The position numbers and the translations under genes were made by a program. Below the pieces are notes generated by a model. It searched no databases, was not told the origin of the DNA, and saw only the letters and a list, made by a program, of their open reading frames with translations. Shown piece after piece: positions 31,009 through 41,915 of a stretch of DNA of 64,000 nt (position 1 is its first letter; each line of letters starts with the position of its first letter). Origin of the DNA: an uncultured virus (IMG/VR IMGVR_UViG_2061766007_004243) (taxonomy: Duplodnaviria; Heunggongvirae; Uroviricota; Caudoviricetes); IMG/VR virus record IMGVR_UViG_2061766007_004243; one strand, written 5' to 3'.

Positions 31009-31083
31009 GGTGGCCGTCCGGCCTCAGCCGGCCCGGCGCTGTGTCTCGGCCCCGTTGCGCCATGCGGCGTTGCNNNNNNNNNN

Positions 31084-31218
31084 TCGAAGCCGCGTCTCCT
31101 GCAGGCCCGCAGGGCGGAGCAGCTGAGAAGCCTCGACTTTACCGTGGCTGTTATCGACAGCCCGGAGGAGGCAGAGCGGTTCGCAAAGTCTGGAGGCGGT
31201 GCGGATGCTTACGCCTGA
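31084..31218 (+). CDS. VRR-NUC nuclease, C-terminal fragment
   Basis: KPRLLQ..RAEQLRSLDFTVAVIDS; precedes SNF2. Confidence 0.7.
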   Translation, partial: SKPRLLQARRAEQLRSLDFTVAVIDSPEEAERFAKSGGGADAYA

Positions 31219-33318
31219 GCAGCTTCACGGGTACCAGAGGTATGCGGCAGATTTCATCGTAGAGCATATGGCGTCGGCCATCCTTCTGGACTGCGGCTGC
31301 GGAAAGACAATCATCAGTTTGACGGCGATAGAGTCGCTTCTCCGAGATCGTTTTGAAGTCGGACGTGTTCTTGTCATCTGCCCGATCCGCGTGGCGCAGN
31401 NNNNNNNNNGTTATTACGCTGACCGCCCTTGAGTCATTGCTCCGAGATAGTTTTGAAGTCGGACGTGTTCTTGTCATCTGCCCGATCCGCGTGGCGCAGA
31501 TCTGGGCGGAGGAAATAGGAAAATGGGAGCATCTGAAGGGGCTGCGGTACAGCATCGCGGTGGGCACGGANNNNNNNNNNAGTAGAGCATATGGCGTCGG
31601 CCATCCTTCTGGACTGCGGCTGCGGAAAGACGATCATCAGTTTGACGGCAATAGATGAGCTCCTCCGAGATCGTTTTGAAGTCGGACGTGTTCTTGTCAT
31701 ATGCCCGATCCGCGTGGCGCAGGTCTGGGCGGAAGAAATAGGAAAGTGGGAGCATCTGAAGGGGCTGCGTTACAGCATCGCGGTGGGCACGGAAAGTCAG
31801 AGGCGCTACGCTCTTGGTGCGGATGCAGACATCTACATCGTGAACAGAGACGTTGTCCCCTGGCTGGTGGAGAACTACGCCGGGAGCTGGCGCTGGGACA
31901 TGCTCGTGCTNNNNNNNNNNAAGTCAGAGACGCTACGCTCTTGGTGCGGATGCAGACATCTACATCGTGAACAGAGACGTNNNNNNNNNNGAGCCAAAGG
32001 CGCTACGCCCTTGGTGCGGATGCAGACATCTACATCGTAAACAGAGACGTGGTCCCGTGGCTGGTGGAGAACTACGCCGGGAGCTGGCGCTGGGACATGC
32101 TCGTGCTGGATGAGCTGAGCAGCTTCAAGAATCCCCAGGCGAAGCGGTTCAAAGAGTTGTTGAAGGTCCGGCCGAAGGTAAGACGGATTGTCGGTCTGAC
32201 AGGGACTCCGTCCAGCAACGGCTTGATGGACCTGTGGGCGGAGTACCGCCTGCTGGACCTGGGAGAACGACTGGGAAAGTTCATCGGCGGGTACCGATCA
32301 CAGTACTTCCGGCCGGATAAGNNNNNNNNNNCTGATGGACCTGTGGGCGGAGTACCGCCTGCTGGACCTGGGAGAACGATTGGGAAAGTTCATCGGCGGG
32401 TACCGATCACAGTACTTCCGCCCGGATAAGNNNNNNNNNNGAGAGAACGATGAACAGCTCTGGATAGACTCCAAAGAATGTTCATCAAATCTTAACAGAG
32501 AAAAATAACCGAATTTCAAGCAGACCGGAGTAAACCGGANNNNNNNNNNCAATGGCATCATCGTGTACTCATATAAGCCGTTGCCGGGAGCCGAAGAGCG
32601 CATCTATAACCGGATCGCCGACATGACAGTCTCCATTCGCTGTACCGATGTTCTCCGGATGCCGGAGATGATCAGTTCTCCTTACGAAGTCCGCATGAGC
32701 GAGGAGGAAAAGACCGTGTACAGCCGCCTGAAGCGGGACTTGGTCCTGTCGCTTCCTGATGGGGAGGTAACCGCATCTAATGCAGCTGCCCTGTCGGGAA
32801 AGCTATCGCAGATGGCCAACGGCGCTGTGTACAACGATGACGGCGGTGTGGTGACCATCCACAGCCGGAAGCTCGATGCACTGGAAGACCTGATCGAAGC
32901 CCAGAATGGAAAGCCGCTTCTTGTCGCCTACTGGTTCAAGCATGACCTGGACAGGATCACGGAGAGGTTGCGAAGCCTGGGTATCCGTTACGCGAAGATC
33001 GACACCGAGGAGAGCATTTCCAGATGGAATCGGAAGATGATCCCTGTTGGGTTGATCCACCCCGCCAGCGCCGGTCATGGCCTGAACCTGCAGGCGGGCG
33101 GCAGCACCTTGATCTGGTTTGGCCTGACCTGGTCCCTTGAGCTTTACATCCAGACGAATGCCCGGCTCTGGCGGCAGGGGCAGGTCTCCAGCACGGTGGT
33201 GATTCAGCACATCGTCACAAAGGGAACGGTCGATGAACGGATCCTGAAAGCCCTGGAGGGCAAGGAGAGGACGCAAGCCGCGTTGATCGACGCGGTAAAA
33301 GCGGAGGTGAAAGCCTGA
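31205..33318 (+). CDS. Phage SNF2-family helicase (many redundant contig fragments)
   Basis: LDCGCGKT, LDELSSFKN, LTGTP, HPASAGHGLNLQ, QTNARLWRQGQ. Confidence 0.85.
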
Positions 33319-34391
33319 TGGAAACAGAGAAAGAGATATTCCGGGACCTGCTTGCGTACCTGGAAAAGTACAACGACCCGCCGACTGTGTATGACGACGG
33401 CTGCGTTGAATTCTGGAAACAGGCGGGCAATGACCTTACTAAGCTCCTGCGGGTGAAATGGCGCGAGCACCCGCTGGTGATGAAGCTGGGATTCGCGCTG
33501 ATAGTGTATATCGAAAACAAGAGCAAGGGAGGCGANNNNNNNNNNGGCCCTGGAGGGCAAGGAGAGGACGCAAGCCGCGCTGATCGACGCGGTAAAGGCG
33601 GAGGTGAAAGCCTGATGGAGACCGAGAAAGAGATATTCGCCGACTTATTCGAATATCTCAGAAAATATAACGACCCGCCGAGCTTATACGACGACGGCTG
33701 CGTGGAATTCTGGAAACAGGCGGGCGATGACCTGACTAAGCTCCTGCGGGTGAAATGGCGCGAACACCCGCTGGCGATGAAACTGGGATTCGCGCTGATA
33801 GTGTATATCGAAAACAAGAGCAAGGGAGGCGACGCGGTATGATCTGGAGGAACGGAGACGGATACCCCGACCCCACGGCGGGCGAGGCNNNNNNNNNNCT
33901 TGGCCAGGATGTAACCGCTTTTGCCCTTATATGAGCAATGGATGAACTCTTCGTTGTAGCGGATGCAACCCGTGACCGCCGCACCGAGGGGCACTTTGAT
34001 CAGGCGCTCACTCNNNNNNNNNNCCCGTCGGATGGTACGAACACCGGCCGGAAGCACGCTTCCCTGGAGACCTGCTTCGCTTACATACCCGCTGACGTAA
34101 GCAGCGGCGGTTATCCCGACTGCACGGCGCTCACGGGCGGCTGTCCCGGGTTCGACAAGTGTTCCTTCTACAAGGGCGTCAGCAGGCAAAAGGCTGACAT
34201 CGAAAAAGCCTACGAACAGATAAGGCAGAAAACCCACAGGGAACAAATGGCCATTTCCATGAAATACTACTCGGGCAGGATGCCCTGGAAGATAAAGGAG
34301 GCGGATGACGAGTGAACGCAAAAGAATTTCTGAGCCGCGCGTACAGGCTGGAAACGCGGATCGCTAACAAAAATGAGCAGATATATAGGTT
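33318..34391 (+). CDS. Fragments of late-early genes (two DPP/GC.EFW proteins, DPTA protein, DUF1492 N-terminus) with an interleaved SH3b fragment
   Basis: Homology to 21343-22432; several 10-N gaps. Confidence 0.65.
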
Positions 34392-34541
34392 NNNNNNNNN
34401 NNNNNNNNNNNNNNNNNNNNNNNNNNNNNNNNNNNNNNNNNNNNNNNNNNNNNNNNNNNNNNNNNNNNNNNNNNNNNNNNNNNNNNNNNNNNNNNNNNNN
34501 NNNNNNNNNNNNNNNNNNNNNNNNNNNNNNNNNNNNNNNNN

Positions 34542-34903
34542 TGCGTGTCGGGCATCTTTCTCAGCGATACATACTCGCTGCAGTTGCAGACCATCTGGTT
34601 GGGCAGGATCTCATCCTCAGCCACCCAGTAGGTCGTAGTTTTGAGGTATTTAGCTAATATGTAACCGCTTTTGCCGTCCCAGGTGCAATGCACAAAGCCG
34701 TTTTCAGCTTCGGTGCAGTAAATGACGTATTCGCCCAAATGCACCTTAGCGATGCGATCGGACTTAGTGTCCGGCTTTTCACGCAAGGATACATAATCGC
34801 TGCATTTTACCACCTGCATGACTTCGCTGACCTCTTCGGCCATTGAGGGTGCAAGACACAGCAGCAACGCTGAAAGCAGAACAATGCAAAGGATTCGTTT
34901 CAT
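34542..34903 (-). CDS. SH3b exported protein, second allele, N-terminal fragment
   Basis: Near-identical to 25680-26040; SD gggagg. Confidence 0.8.
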
Positions 34904-35080
34904 TCCTTTGGTTCCTCCCTTTTAGCAAAACCGCATGATAAGGTTGGTCGTATGGCAAAAGCCATGCGGAGGTGTCGCCTTTTTGTACGGTATTGCCTTA
35001 TCGGTGTTTTTGACTTTTCAGTGTCGAGAATCAAACCGTCGGATGATTGCCCTTGGAAAGGAGAATATAAACAAGACATG
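34904..35080 (-). ncRNA. Candidate structured leader of SH3b gene (5' truncated)
   Basis: Close homolog of 44324-44527. Confidence 0.55.
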
Positions 35081-35674
35081 GCAGACGAGCAATTCTACGT
35101 TTTCCTTCTGTCGGCTTTCAAGAACATGGCTGCGCACATGGCAGAAGGCGGCAGCGCGTACATCTTCCACGCAGACACCGAGGGCTTGAATTTCCGACGG
35201 GCATTCAAGGAATCCGGCTTTCACATTTCCGGTGTATGTATCTGGGTGAAGAACAGCCTGGTGCTCGGACGATCGCCCTATCAGTGGCAGCACGAGCCGG
35301 TGCTGTATGGATGGCTGCCCAACGGAAAGCATAAGTGGTTTGCCGACCGGAAGCAATCCACCATCTGGAATTTTGATAAACCCAAACGCAGTGCCAATCA
35401 TCCGACGATGAAACCGATCCCGCTGCTGGCCTACCCTATAAAAAACAGCAGCGCTCCGAACGCAGTGGTCATGGACCTGTTCGGCGGCAGCGGTTCGACA
35501 CTCATGGCCTGTGAACAGACAGAGCGTATATGCAGGACGATGGAGCTCGACCCCAGATACGCAACTGTAATATGTGAGCGTTTCCGCAATGAATATCCCG
35601 ACCAGGAAATCAGTGTAACAAGAGACGGCAAATCATATACATACGATGAAATTACCGGGTCTCGCGCGTCTTAA
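35078..35674 (+). CDS. DNA N6/N4 methyltransferase, C-terminal part
   Basis: YIFHADTEG, IWVKN, YQWQHEP, HPTMKP, DLFGGSGST, MELDP. Confidence 0.85.
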   Translation: MADEQFYVFLLSAFKNMAAHMAEGGSAYIFHADTEGLNFRRAFKESGFHISGVCIWVKNSLVLGRSPYQWQHEPVLYGWLPNGKHKWFADRKQSTIWNFDKPKRSANHPTMKPIPLLAYPIKNSSAPNAVVMDLFGGSGSTLMACEQTERICRTMELDPRYATVICERFRNEYPDQEISVTRDGKSYTYDEITGSRAS

Positions 35675-35709
35675 GACGATACTTATAAGACATAGAGGAT
35701 AAAACGCCT

Positions 35710-36429
35710 ATGCCGAAACCATTACCGACCGTCTCGTCCACGATAGGACTGAGCAAAGTGGTATTTGCACCACTTATACAGGACGACAGCAAGGGTACCA
35801 CGTACGGGGAACCGCGGAGACTGAAAGGAGCGATCGAGGCAAGCATAAGCAATGCCAACAGGGACCCGGTGATCACTTATGCGGACGACGGCGAGCACAG
35901 CTCCCTGTACCCTGATCCGGATATTACATTCAGGCTGAAACTGGCAGATCTGCCGCTTCTTTTCCTGCAGATGTTTTTCGACGGCGCTATCGATAAAAAT
36001 GGCGTCTGGGCCAGATCAGCACACAGAAAACCATACTATTACGCCATCGGGTTCAGGGCGCTGAAAGCAAACGGCAAATACCGTTACGTCTGGTTGTATA
36101 AATGCCGTGCAAATCTCATTACAGAAAGTTACGAAACGAAAAAAGGGCCGTCGCATTCGCGTCAGGAACCGGAGATCGAATTTGAAGCGCTCAGGCTTCG
36201 AAGCAGCGGCGTGTACCAGGCTGTAGCGGATGAGGATCGTACGAGACCGGACATTGCGTGGACTTTCCTGTCGAACGTATACGGTTACCGTGGCGACTGT
36301 TCGCTGGTTCTGGACGCGGTCCATTACCGGGTAAGCAGAAACAATACGGCGCTGCTATTGGATTCCGACGAATCCGCGGTTTACAGGGTTACCGGCCTAG
36401 GCAGCGCTATCATCATAACTACAGCATAG
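35710..36429 (+). CDS. Siphophage major tail protein (phi13-like family)
   Basis: IGLSKV.FA, YADDG, YYAIGFRALKANGKYRYVWLYK, YETK. Confidence 0.85.
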   Translation: MPKPLPTVSSTIGLSKVVFAPLIQDDSKGTTYGEPRRLKGAIEASISNANRDPVITYADDGEHSSLYPDPDITFRLKLADLPLLFLQMFFDGAIDKNGVWARSAHRKPYYYAIGFRALKANGKYRYVWLYKCRANLITESYETKKGPSHSRQEPEIEFEALRLRSSGVYQAVADEDRTRPDIAWTFLSNVYGYRGDCSLVLDAVHYRVSRNNTALLLDSDESAVYRVTGLGSAIIITTA

Positions 36430-36443
36430 ACAGGAGGCAGAAC

Positions 36444-37553
36444 ATGGCAGTATATGACCGCGTCACGATCGATGGTATTACAAAGCTTCTGGCAGACGGA
36501 GCGAACCTTTCCGGGTACACCGAAGTATCTTCTGTCGCCGCTTATACCCACGCGGCAGGGAGCTGCTTCACGCTTAACGGGCTTTTGTACAAAGCAACGG
36601 TCACGATCAGCGAAGGCAGCGATATTATTGAGCACACAAACTGTGAAAGAGCCTACGTTGCAGATGCCATATCGGACGTTGAGGAGAATACAAATAAGAA
36701 ACTTGCAGGTTTTATTACCGACATCGGAACGCTTAACGGCGTGATCTTCGAGCGCGGCATAAATCTTTACGACCCCAGTCTCCAGACGCCGGAGACCATC
36801 TCGCCGCACTACTACGTGAACGGCGTTCCCTACTCTTCGACCCAGTTCGACAACGCCTATAACTGCACCGCGCTCATACCGATAGAGCCGAACACCACAT
36901 ACACGATCGGGCTGATCGGCAGCAGCCTGACCAATCCGTGGGGCAGCGCCACCCAGCGCGGCTGGAGCTACGACGCCAACGGCGACTATATCTCCGGAAG
37001 CAACTGGCAGAGCAACACCTTCACCACGCCCGCAAACGCGGCGTTCATACGCTTCAACTACTACATTTCGGGCGGCATGGTGACGCTCGACACGCTCAAA
37101 AACAAGTGCATGCTGGTAAAGGGCGACACGCTGCCGGAGCAGTACTCGCCCTACGTGGCGCCCCGGACGCTGAGGGACGACGTGGAAGACCTGGAAGACG
37201 CGCTGGACGAGGCCGACCTGCCGGGCATGGAAACGGACATACAGACCGCGCTGGCGAAAGCCACCGCGCCGCTGCGGGCCATAGTCAACGCGGACGGCAC
37301 CGCCGTGACGGTCATTAGCAAATACTCGCCTACGGCAGACCTCGCCGTGACTGTAGGCACCGGCGGCGGGAACGGGCTTGTGGACTTCCGTACCTTCGCG
37401 CTGATCAGCAACAGCGCGGAAGAGCTTTCTGCGGACGCTGAGGATGCTGTGGAATTCTTCTCCACCTCTAGCGACTGGCACGCGCCGTTCATAGTAAAGG
37501 CAAAGGAGAACGGAGACGGCGGGCATCCCGACAGCGAGTACTTTACCGGCGGC
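36444..37553 (+). CDS. Phage tail-associated / structural-like protein, 3' end lost in gap
   Basis: AGGAGG SD; NLYDP, IPIEPNTTYTI, YDANG.YISG, FTTPANAAFIR, YSPY motifs typical of phage minor structural modules. Confidence 0.6.
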
Positions 37554-37563
37554 NNNNNNNNNN

Positions 37564-37795
37564 GCAGACGCGCATCCTCCAGGAACTGTACGTGCGGTGG
37601 CTGTCAGAAAAAGCCGGAGCGGATTTCAAACCGTACCGGAAGGAAGCGCTAAGGCGCTGCCCGGGGCTCTCGTTCATGATGGAGCGGCCCTTCTCCGCGG
37701 TGTACAAAGTGGCGGAGGGCGAGCTGGTGCTGCGTTTCAAAAGCACAGCCAAAGGCGTAAAGATCAGCAAGGATCTTCTGCGGTTCAGTAAATAA
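37564..37795 (+). CDS. Zinc-ribbon protein, C-terminal fragment
   Basis: Homolog of 43713 copy. Confidence 0.7.
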
Positions 37796-37997
37796 AGAAC
37801 GCATAGAAAGCAGAGGGAAACACAACAATCTGAAATAAAAAGCAGTGGGTAGAAACGCCTACTGTTTTTTACTTGGGAAGGGAGGGATATTGCATGAGCT
37901 CTGAACTGGATAATTAATATATTCTATTCTGCTCTCAAATAGAGGTTGAGAACGCTATTCACTTATCGCAAAAACATATAGTATAGGAGATTGTATT

Positions 37998-38579
37998 ATG
38001 GGATACATATGTAAGGTACGAACCTATCTTCCGCTTGACGACAACGGGAAACCGATTATATCGGCTTTTGGATATTATGATTTAGAAATCAGTTCTGATG
38101 GCTCTTCAGGATCACCTGCACTTCATTTTGACGAGCATACACAAGTGACAAATCCAGTATTCTGTTATGGCCATAACAGTTATAATCAAGGTAAAATTAT
38201 CATATTTGACGCATCGAAAACCACCAATATATTCGATCCATCACGGCTGATTTTTAAGTGGGAGTTTAGTGCTTCAAATAATCAGGTAAATACCTTTTTG
38301 ACAGCTATGCATAATGCGCTTCAGTACAGTTCGGGTGATGCCGATACAGGAGATTGTGCACACTACAATGTTGTTGCCGGACCGTTCATAACTTATTCGT
38401 TAGAACACATAAACTGTTTTTATGCTACGGCTTTTATGTGTAATAAACTTGGAAAAAGTACGCTACTAAATATATACAATAGTAATAATGGCTCGGACAC
38501 AGGATATTTGAACTATAGAGCCTGGACAATGTTTGGTGCTAACTATACATCATGGAAAGCGGCGTTGCTAATAAGATAA
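37998..38579 (+). CDS. Low-GC hypothetical protein, possible inactive permuted papain-like fold
   Basis: Paralog of next gene; GYYDL in place of GHYEL; YSLEHINCF. Confidence 0.7.
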   Translation: MGYICKVRTYLPLDDNGKPIISAFGYYDLEISSDGSSGSPALHFDEHTQVTNPVFCYGHNSYNQGKIIIFDASKTTNIFDPSRLIFKWEFSASNNQVNTFLTAMHNALQYSSGDADTGDCAHYNVVAGPFITYSLEHINCFYATAFMCNKLGKSTLLNIYNSNNGSDTGYLNYRAWTMFGANYTSWKAALLIR

Positions 38580-38594
38580 TAGGAGGAATCAATA

Positions 38595-39182
38595 ATGCCT
38601 ACGACGAATCATGGTGTCAGAATATATGTTCCGTTTCATTCTGACTCAAAAAAACCGTACACTAACCACAACGGTCATTATGAACTCCAATTAGCGGATT
38701 CCAGTTTTACATTTAACGCATATCAGATAGGTGATGACGTAAATGTAAATAATCCTCAACAGTTTAGTTTTAACGAACCTGTGATTTCTTATGGAGGTCG
38801 GTCAGGTGAAGGATATTTGACAATTAAGAACCGGGTAAACATGACCAATAAACCAGATAGCCTCCTTTGCTACTTTCCATTTACAGGTACAGATGAAGGA
38901 AAGGCAAATCTAAAAACATGGCTACAGAGTTATATAAGATATGACCCAATAAATTCAGACAGCACCACAAAATTATTTAAAGTCATTCATCCGGAATTTA
39001 GCACATACAGTGCACCCGATAGTAATTGCTTTATGGTCACTGCTTTGTTCTGCAATACTCTTGGGTACCCAACTCTCCAAAACATCTGTGACGATGCATC
39101 AAGTTATACACAGTATACAGCATGGCCGATGTTTATGCAACATAAAGCAAACTGGGAACTGGTAGACCTAAATTTAACCTGA
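38595..39182 (+). CDS. Low-GC hypothetical protein, possible permuted papain-like (NlpC/P60 superfamily) enzyme
   Basis: GHYELQL, VISYG, YSAPDSNCF; AGGAGG SD. Confidence 0.7.
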   Translation: MPTTNHGVRIYVPFHSDSKKPYTNHNGHYELQLADSSFTFNAYQIGDDVNVNNPQQFSFNEPVISYGGRSGEGYLTIKNRVNMTNKPDSLLCYFPFTGTDEGKANLKTWLQSYIRYDPINSDSTTKLFKVIHPEFSTYSAPDSNCFMVTALFCNTLGYPTLQNICDDASSYTQYTAWPMFMQHKANWELVDLNLT

Positions 39183-39200
39183 TGAGTTGACAAACAAAGC

Positions 39201-40004
39201 ATGAGAGCTATAATGAAAGAAAAGGAGGCTTTTCTCGGGATGCAAAGATTGCTGATACTTTTATTATCGCTCTCATTGCTTTTTGGCGGAGAAATAGAAG
39301 CAAATGCTGATGCTGTCGAAAAGCTGTTTCCGGATTTTTATATCTCTGAATTATATCAGCTGGATCTGGAAGACCCTTATTCCGATGCAAACAGGTATAT
39401 ATCGCGCAAATTCGATTGGCTTGCCGGACAGTATTACATATGCGGCAAATATGTGATCTACGCGGACGAGATGCCTTTGTGTGTGGACGAAGACAGCTTT
39501 GACGAGTGTAGTTTTTGGGGCGAGACAGGTATGGATGTCGTAGAGTGGGCAGCGATAATCATGGGCAAAAGAGGCGATACGGAAGAAATAATAAACAGTA
39601 TCCCAAGGGTCGAAGACATGGATTTTTCCCAGCCCTTGACGAAGGAGCGGCTGAAGCATCTCAATTATTCACTGCAGTTTGAAGAAGAACATTTGATATC
39701 ACTGATGCAGACTGATGATGTAAATAAATATCTGTGGCTCGCGAGCTATCGTGTAGAGACGATACGCTGGGGAGACTGGCTTTTAATCATGTCAGCGCCG
39801 CCACCGACGTTTGAGAAAGAAAAAGATCCATGGTATATAAGGCAGGGCGAATGGGCGTATAAATACTATGCAGACAATCCTGAATACATGAAGCAGGTAC
39901 AGGAGGACGGATACAAGGAAGTGAGACAAGAATTCGGTTACGGCGACCTGTGGGAGATATTCTTCGAGGAACATCCCGAGGCTCTGTACCTGAATGACGA
40001 TTAG
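39201..40004 (+). CDS. Acidic exported hypothetical protein
   Basis: Signal peptide MQRLLILLLSLSLLFGG (true start probably 39240 after aaggagg). Confidence 0.7.
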   Translation: MRAIMKEKEAFLGMQRLLILLLSLSLLFGGEIEANADAVEKLFPDFYISELYQLDLEDPYSDANRYISRKFDWLAGQYYICGKYVIYADEMPLCVDEDSFDECSFWGETGMDVVEWAAIIMGKRGDTEEIINSIPRVEDMDFSQPLTKERLKHLNYSLQFEEEHLISLMQTDDVNKYLWLASYRVETIRWGDWLLIMSAPPPTFEKEKDPWYIRQGEWAYKYYADNPEYMKQVQEDGYKEVRQEFGYGDLWEIFFEEHPEALYLNDD

Positions 40005-40225
40005 AATAGATACAGATTCATAAAAGTCGCAGTAATGACCAAATAAAAGCCAGCTTGATTTGGAAGCAGTGGGGGAGAGCCCGCTGCTTTTCGTTTGCGC
40101 ACGTGAGCCCGTACGTTGGCCCACGTTCGCCTTTGTATCCATTTTCGGGTGAATCACCGTAACCGATTCAAAAGCCCACACGAGGCCGACACGCGCCGTG
40201 GACGAAAAAAGCCGCCTTTCAAAAC

Positions 40226-40314
40226 AAAAAAAAAGCAGGCAGACCACCCTCAACAAAAGGACAACCTGCCTACTTCCATCGTGGTATTTTAACAGTTGCA
40301 GAATGAAATATCAA
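40226..40314 (-). ncRNA. Promoter-hairpin-terminator unit, candidate ~55-nt sRNA
   Basis: TTGATA-17-TAAAAT (40314-40286) followed by gtaggcagg...tctgcctgc and a T9 run. Confidence 0.6.
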
Positions 40315-40364
40315 TAGTCAGTTTGACTGTGACCTAGGATGCGCTTCCCGATTTGGAAGCCCTG

Positions 40365-40600
40365 TCAGAATGGCATGTCAGTGTACGCGGGCATGTAACT
40401 CAGGTTACTGTAGAGCAGCCCGTCTTCATTTACGAACCTTCCGACTGTGGCAATGTAGCCTTTGCCATCCATGATCGCGAACTTGGACAGCGCCAGTTTG
40501 TATATGAGCTCCAGCCTTCGCTCATCCTTAAGGTCAGATGGTCGTCTGATGATCCGTGTCAGGTAATCCGTAATGAATATGGCGGTGTCGCTGTACTCCC
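40365..40600 (-). CDS. Class II glutamine amidotransferase, copy 3, C-terminal fragment
   Basis: EYSDTAIFITDYL...DMPF. Confidence 0.8.
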
Positions 40601-40610
40601 NNNNNNNNNN

Positions 40611-41717
40611 CCAAGTGGTAGCCAAGACACTGCCCACCAACACACTCGGAGACGGAGCCCGGGTGGAGCACACCGGCGGTTCCTACGACACTTGGACGGT
40701 AACGGGTATAGACGGACGGAAGTGGAAACTCATGAGCGACGCCAGCATCGAGGGACCTTTTGAACAACGCACCGAGTTCGTGACCCCCATCTGCCGCTGG
40801 GAAGACATCGAGACGGTACAGGCCATAATCCGGGCTTTGCGGGAAGCCGGGGCACAGGCACACTCCTCCTGCGGCATCCACGTACACATCGGACTGGGTC
40901 AGCATACGCCCAAGACCCTCAGGAACTTGGTGAACATAGTAAACGCCAAGGAAGACCTTCTGACCCAAGCCCTGCAGATAAGCCCGGAACGCCGGGAACG
41001 CTGGTGCCAAGAGGTAGACCCATACTTCCTGCAGGTACTCAACAGGAGAAGGCCGACCACATCCGAACAGCTGGCGCAACTTTGGTATGACGACCGGGAC
41101 TGGGAGTACCACGCTCACGACCATTATGACCGGAGCCGCTACCACCTGCTGAACCTGCATGCGGTGTGGCAGAAAGGCACCATCGAGTTCCGGGCTTTCA
41201 ACAGCACGCTCCACGCCGGGGAGATTAAAGCCTACATACAGCTTTGCATGGCCATAAGCCATCAGGCCCTCACGGTAAGCACAGCGAGCCCCACGAGGCC
41301 GGTGACGGACAACCCCGCATACACCTTCCGGTGCTGGCTCCTCAGGCTGGGGCTNNNNNNNNNNCACGATTGAATTCCGGGCTTTCAACAGCACGCTCCA
41401 CGCCGGGGAGATTAAAGCCTACATACAGCTTTGCATGGCCATAAGCCACCAAGCCCTGACGGTAAGCACAGCGAGCCCCACACGGCCGGTCACGGACAAC
41501 CCCGCATACACCTTCCGGTGCTGGCTCCTCCGACTTGGGCTGAACGGCGAGGAGTTCAAGACCGCCCGGACGCACCTGCTCAAGCACCTGCCCGGCAACG
41601 CCGCNNNNNNNNNNGAACGGCGAGGAATTCAAGACCGCCCGGACACACCTTTTAAAGCACCTGCCCGGCAACGCCGCATGGCGCAACGGGGCCGAGACAC
41701 AGCGCCGGGCCGGCTAA
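40611..41717 (+). CDS. Putative amidoligase (COOH-NH2 ligase type 2), three overlapping fragments
   Basis: WKLMSDASI, EFVTP, SCGIHVHI, RYHLLNL, GTIEFRAFNST, FRCWLLRLG; stop TAA at 41717. Confidence 0.88.
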
Positions 41718-41754
41718 GGCCCGGTGGCCGGGAAGGACGGCCCCATGGAACACA

Positions 41755-41813
41755 CCCGCCTGACGAGGCCGGAGGGCGACCGGCCGAAACCGGGCACAGT
41801 ACCCGGTCGCGGG
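41755..41813 (+). ncRNA. Type I hammerhead ribozyme
   Basis: cccgc-CUGACGA-ggccgg(agggcga)ccggcc-GAAA-ccggg(cacagua)cccgg-UC-gcggg; predicted cut after 41808. Confidence 0.92.
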
Positions 41814-41915
41814 AAGCCGCAGAAAAACNNNNNNNNNNTGCCGAGACACAGCGCAGGGCCGGCTGAGCCGGCCGGGCACACTGAGATGAGCGAGGTGACC
41901 GAATGGAACACACTG

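Noticed and set aside
31205..32430. Repeated SNF2 N-terminal segments suggesting a diversity-generating or shufflon locus
   Set aside because: Bounded by gaps; differences are mostly synonymous, not adenine-specific; no reverse transcriptase or invertase in the window
36381..37526. 381-aa minus-strand ORF (and similar shadows at 17216-18516 and 60983-61735)
   Set aside because: Antisense shadows of high-GC3 genes on the other strand
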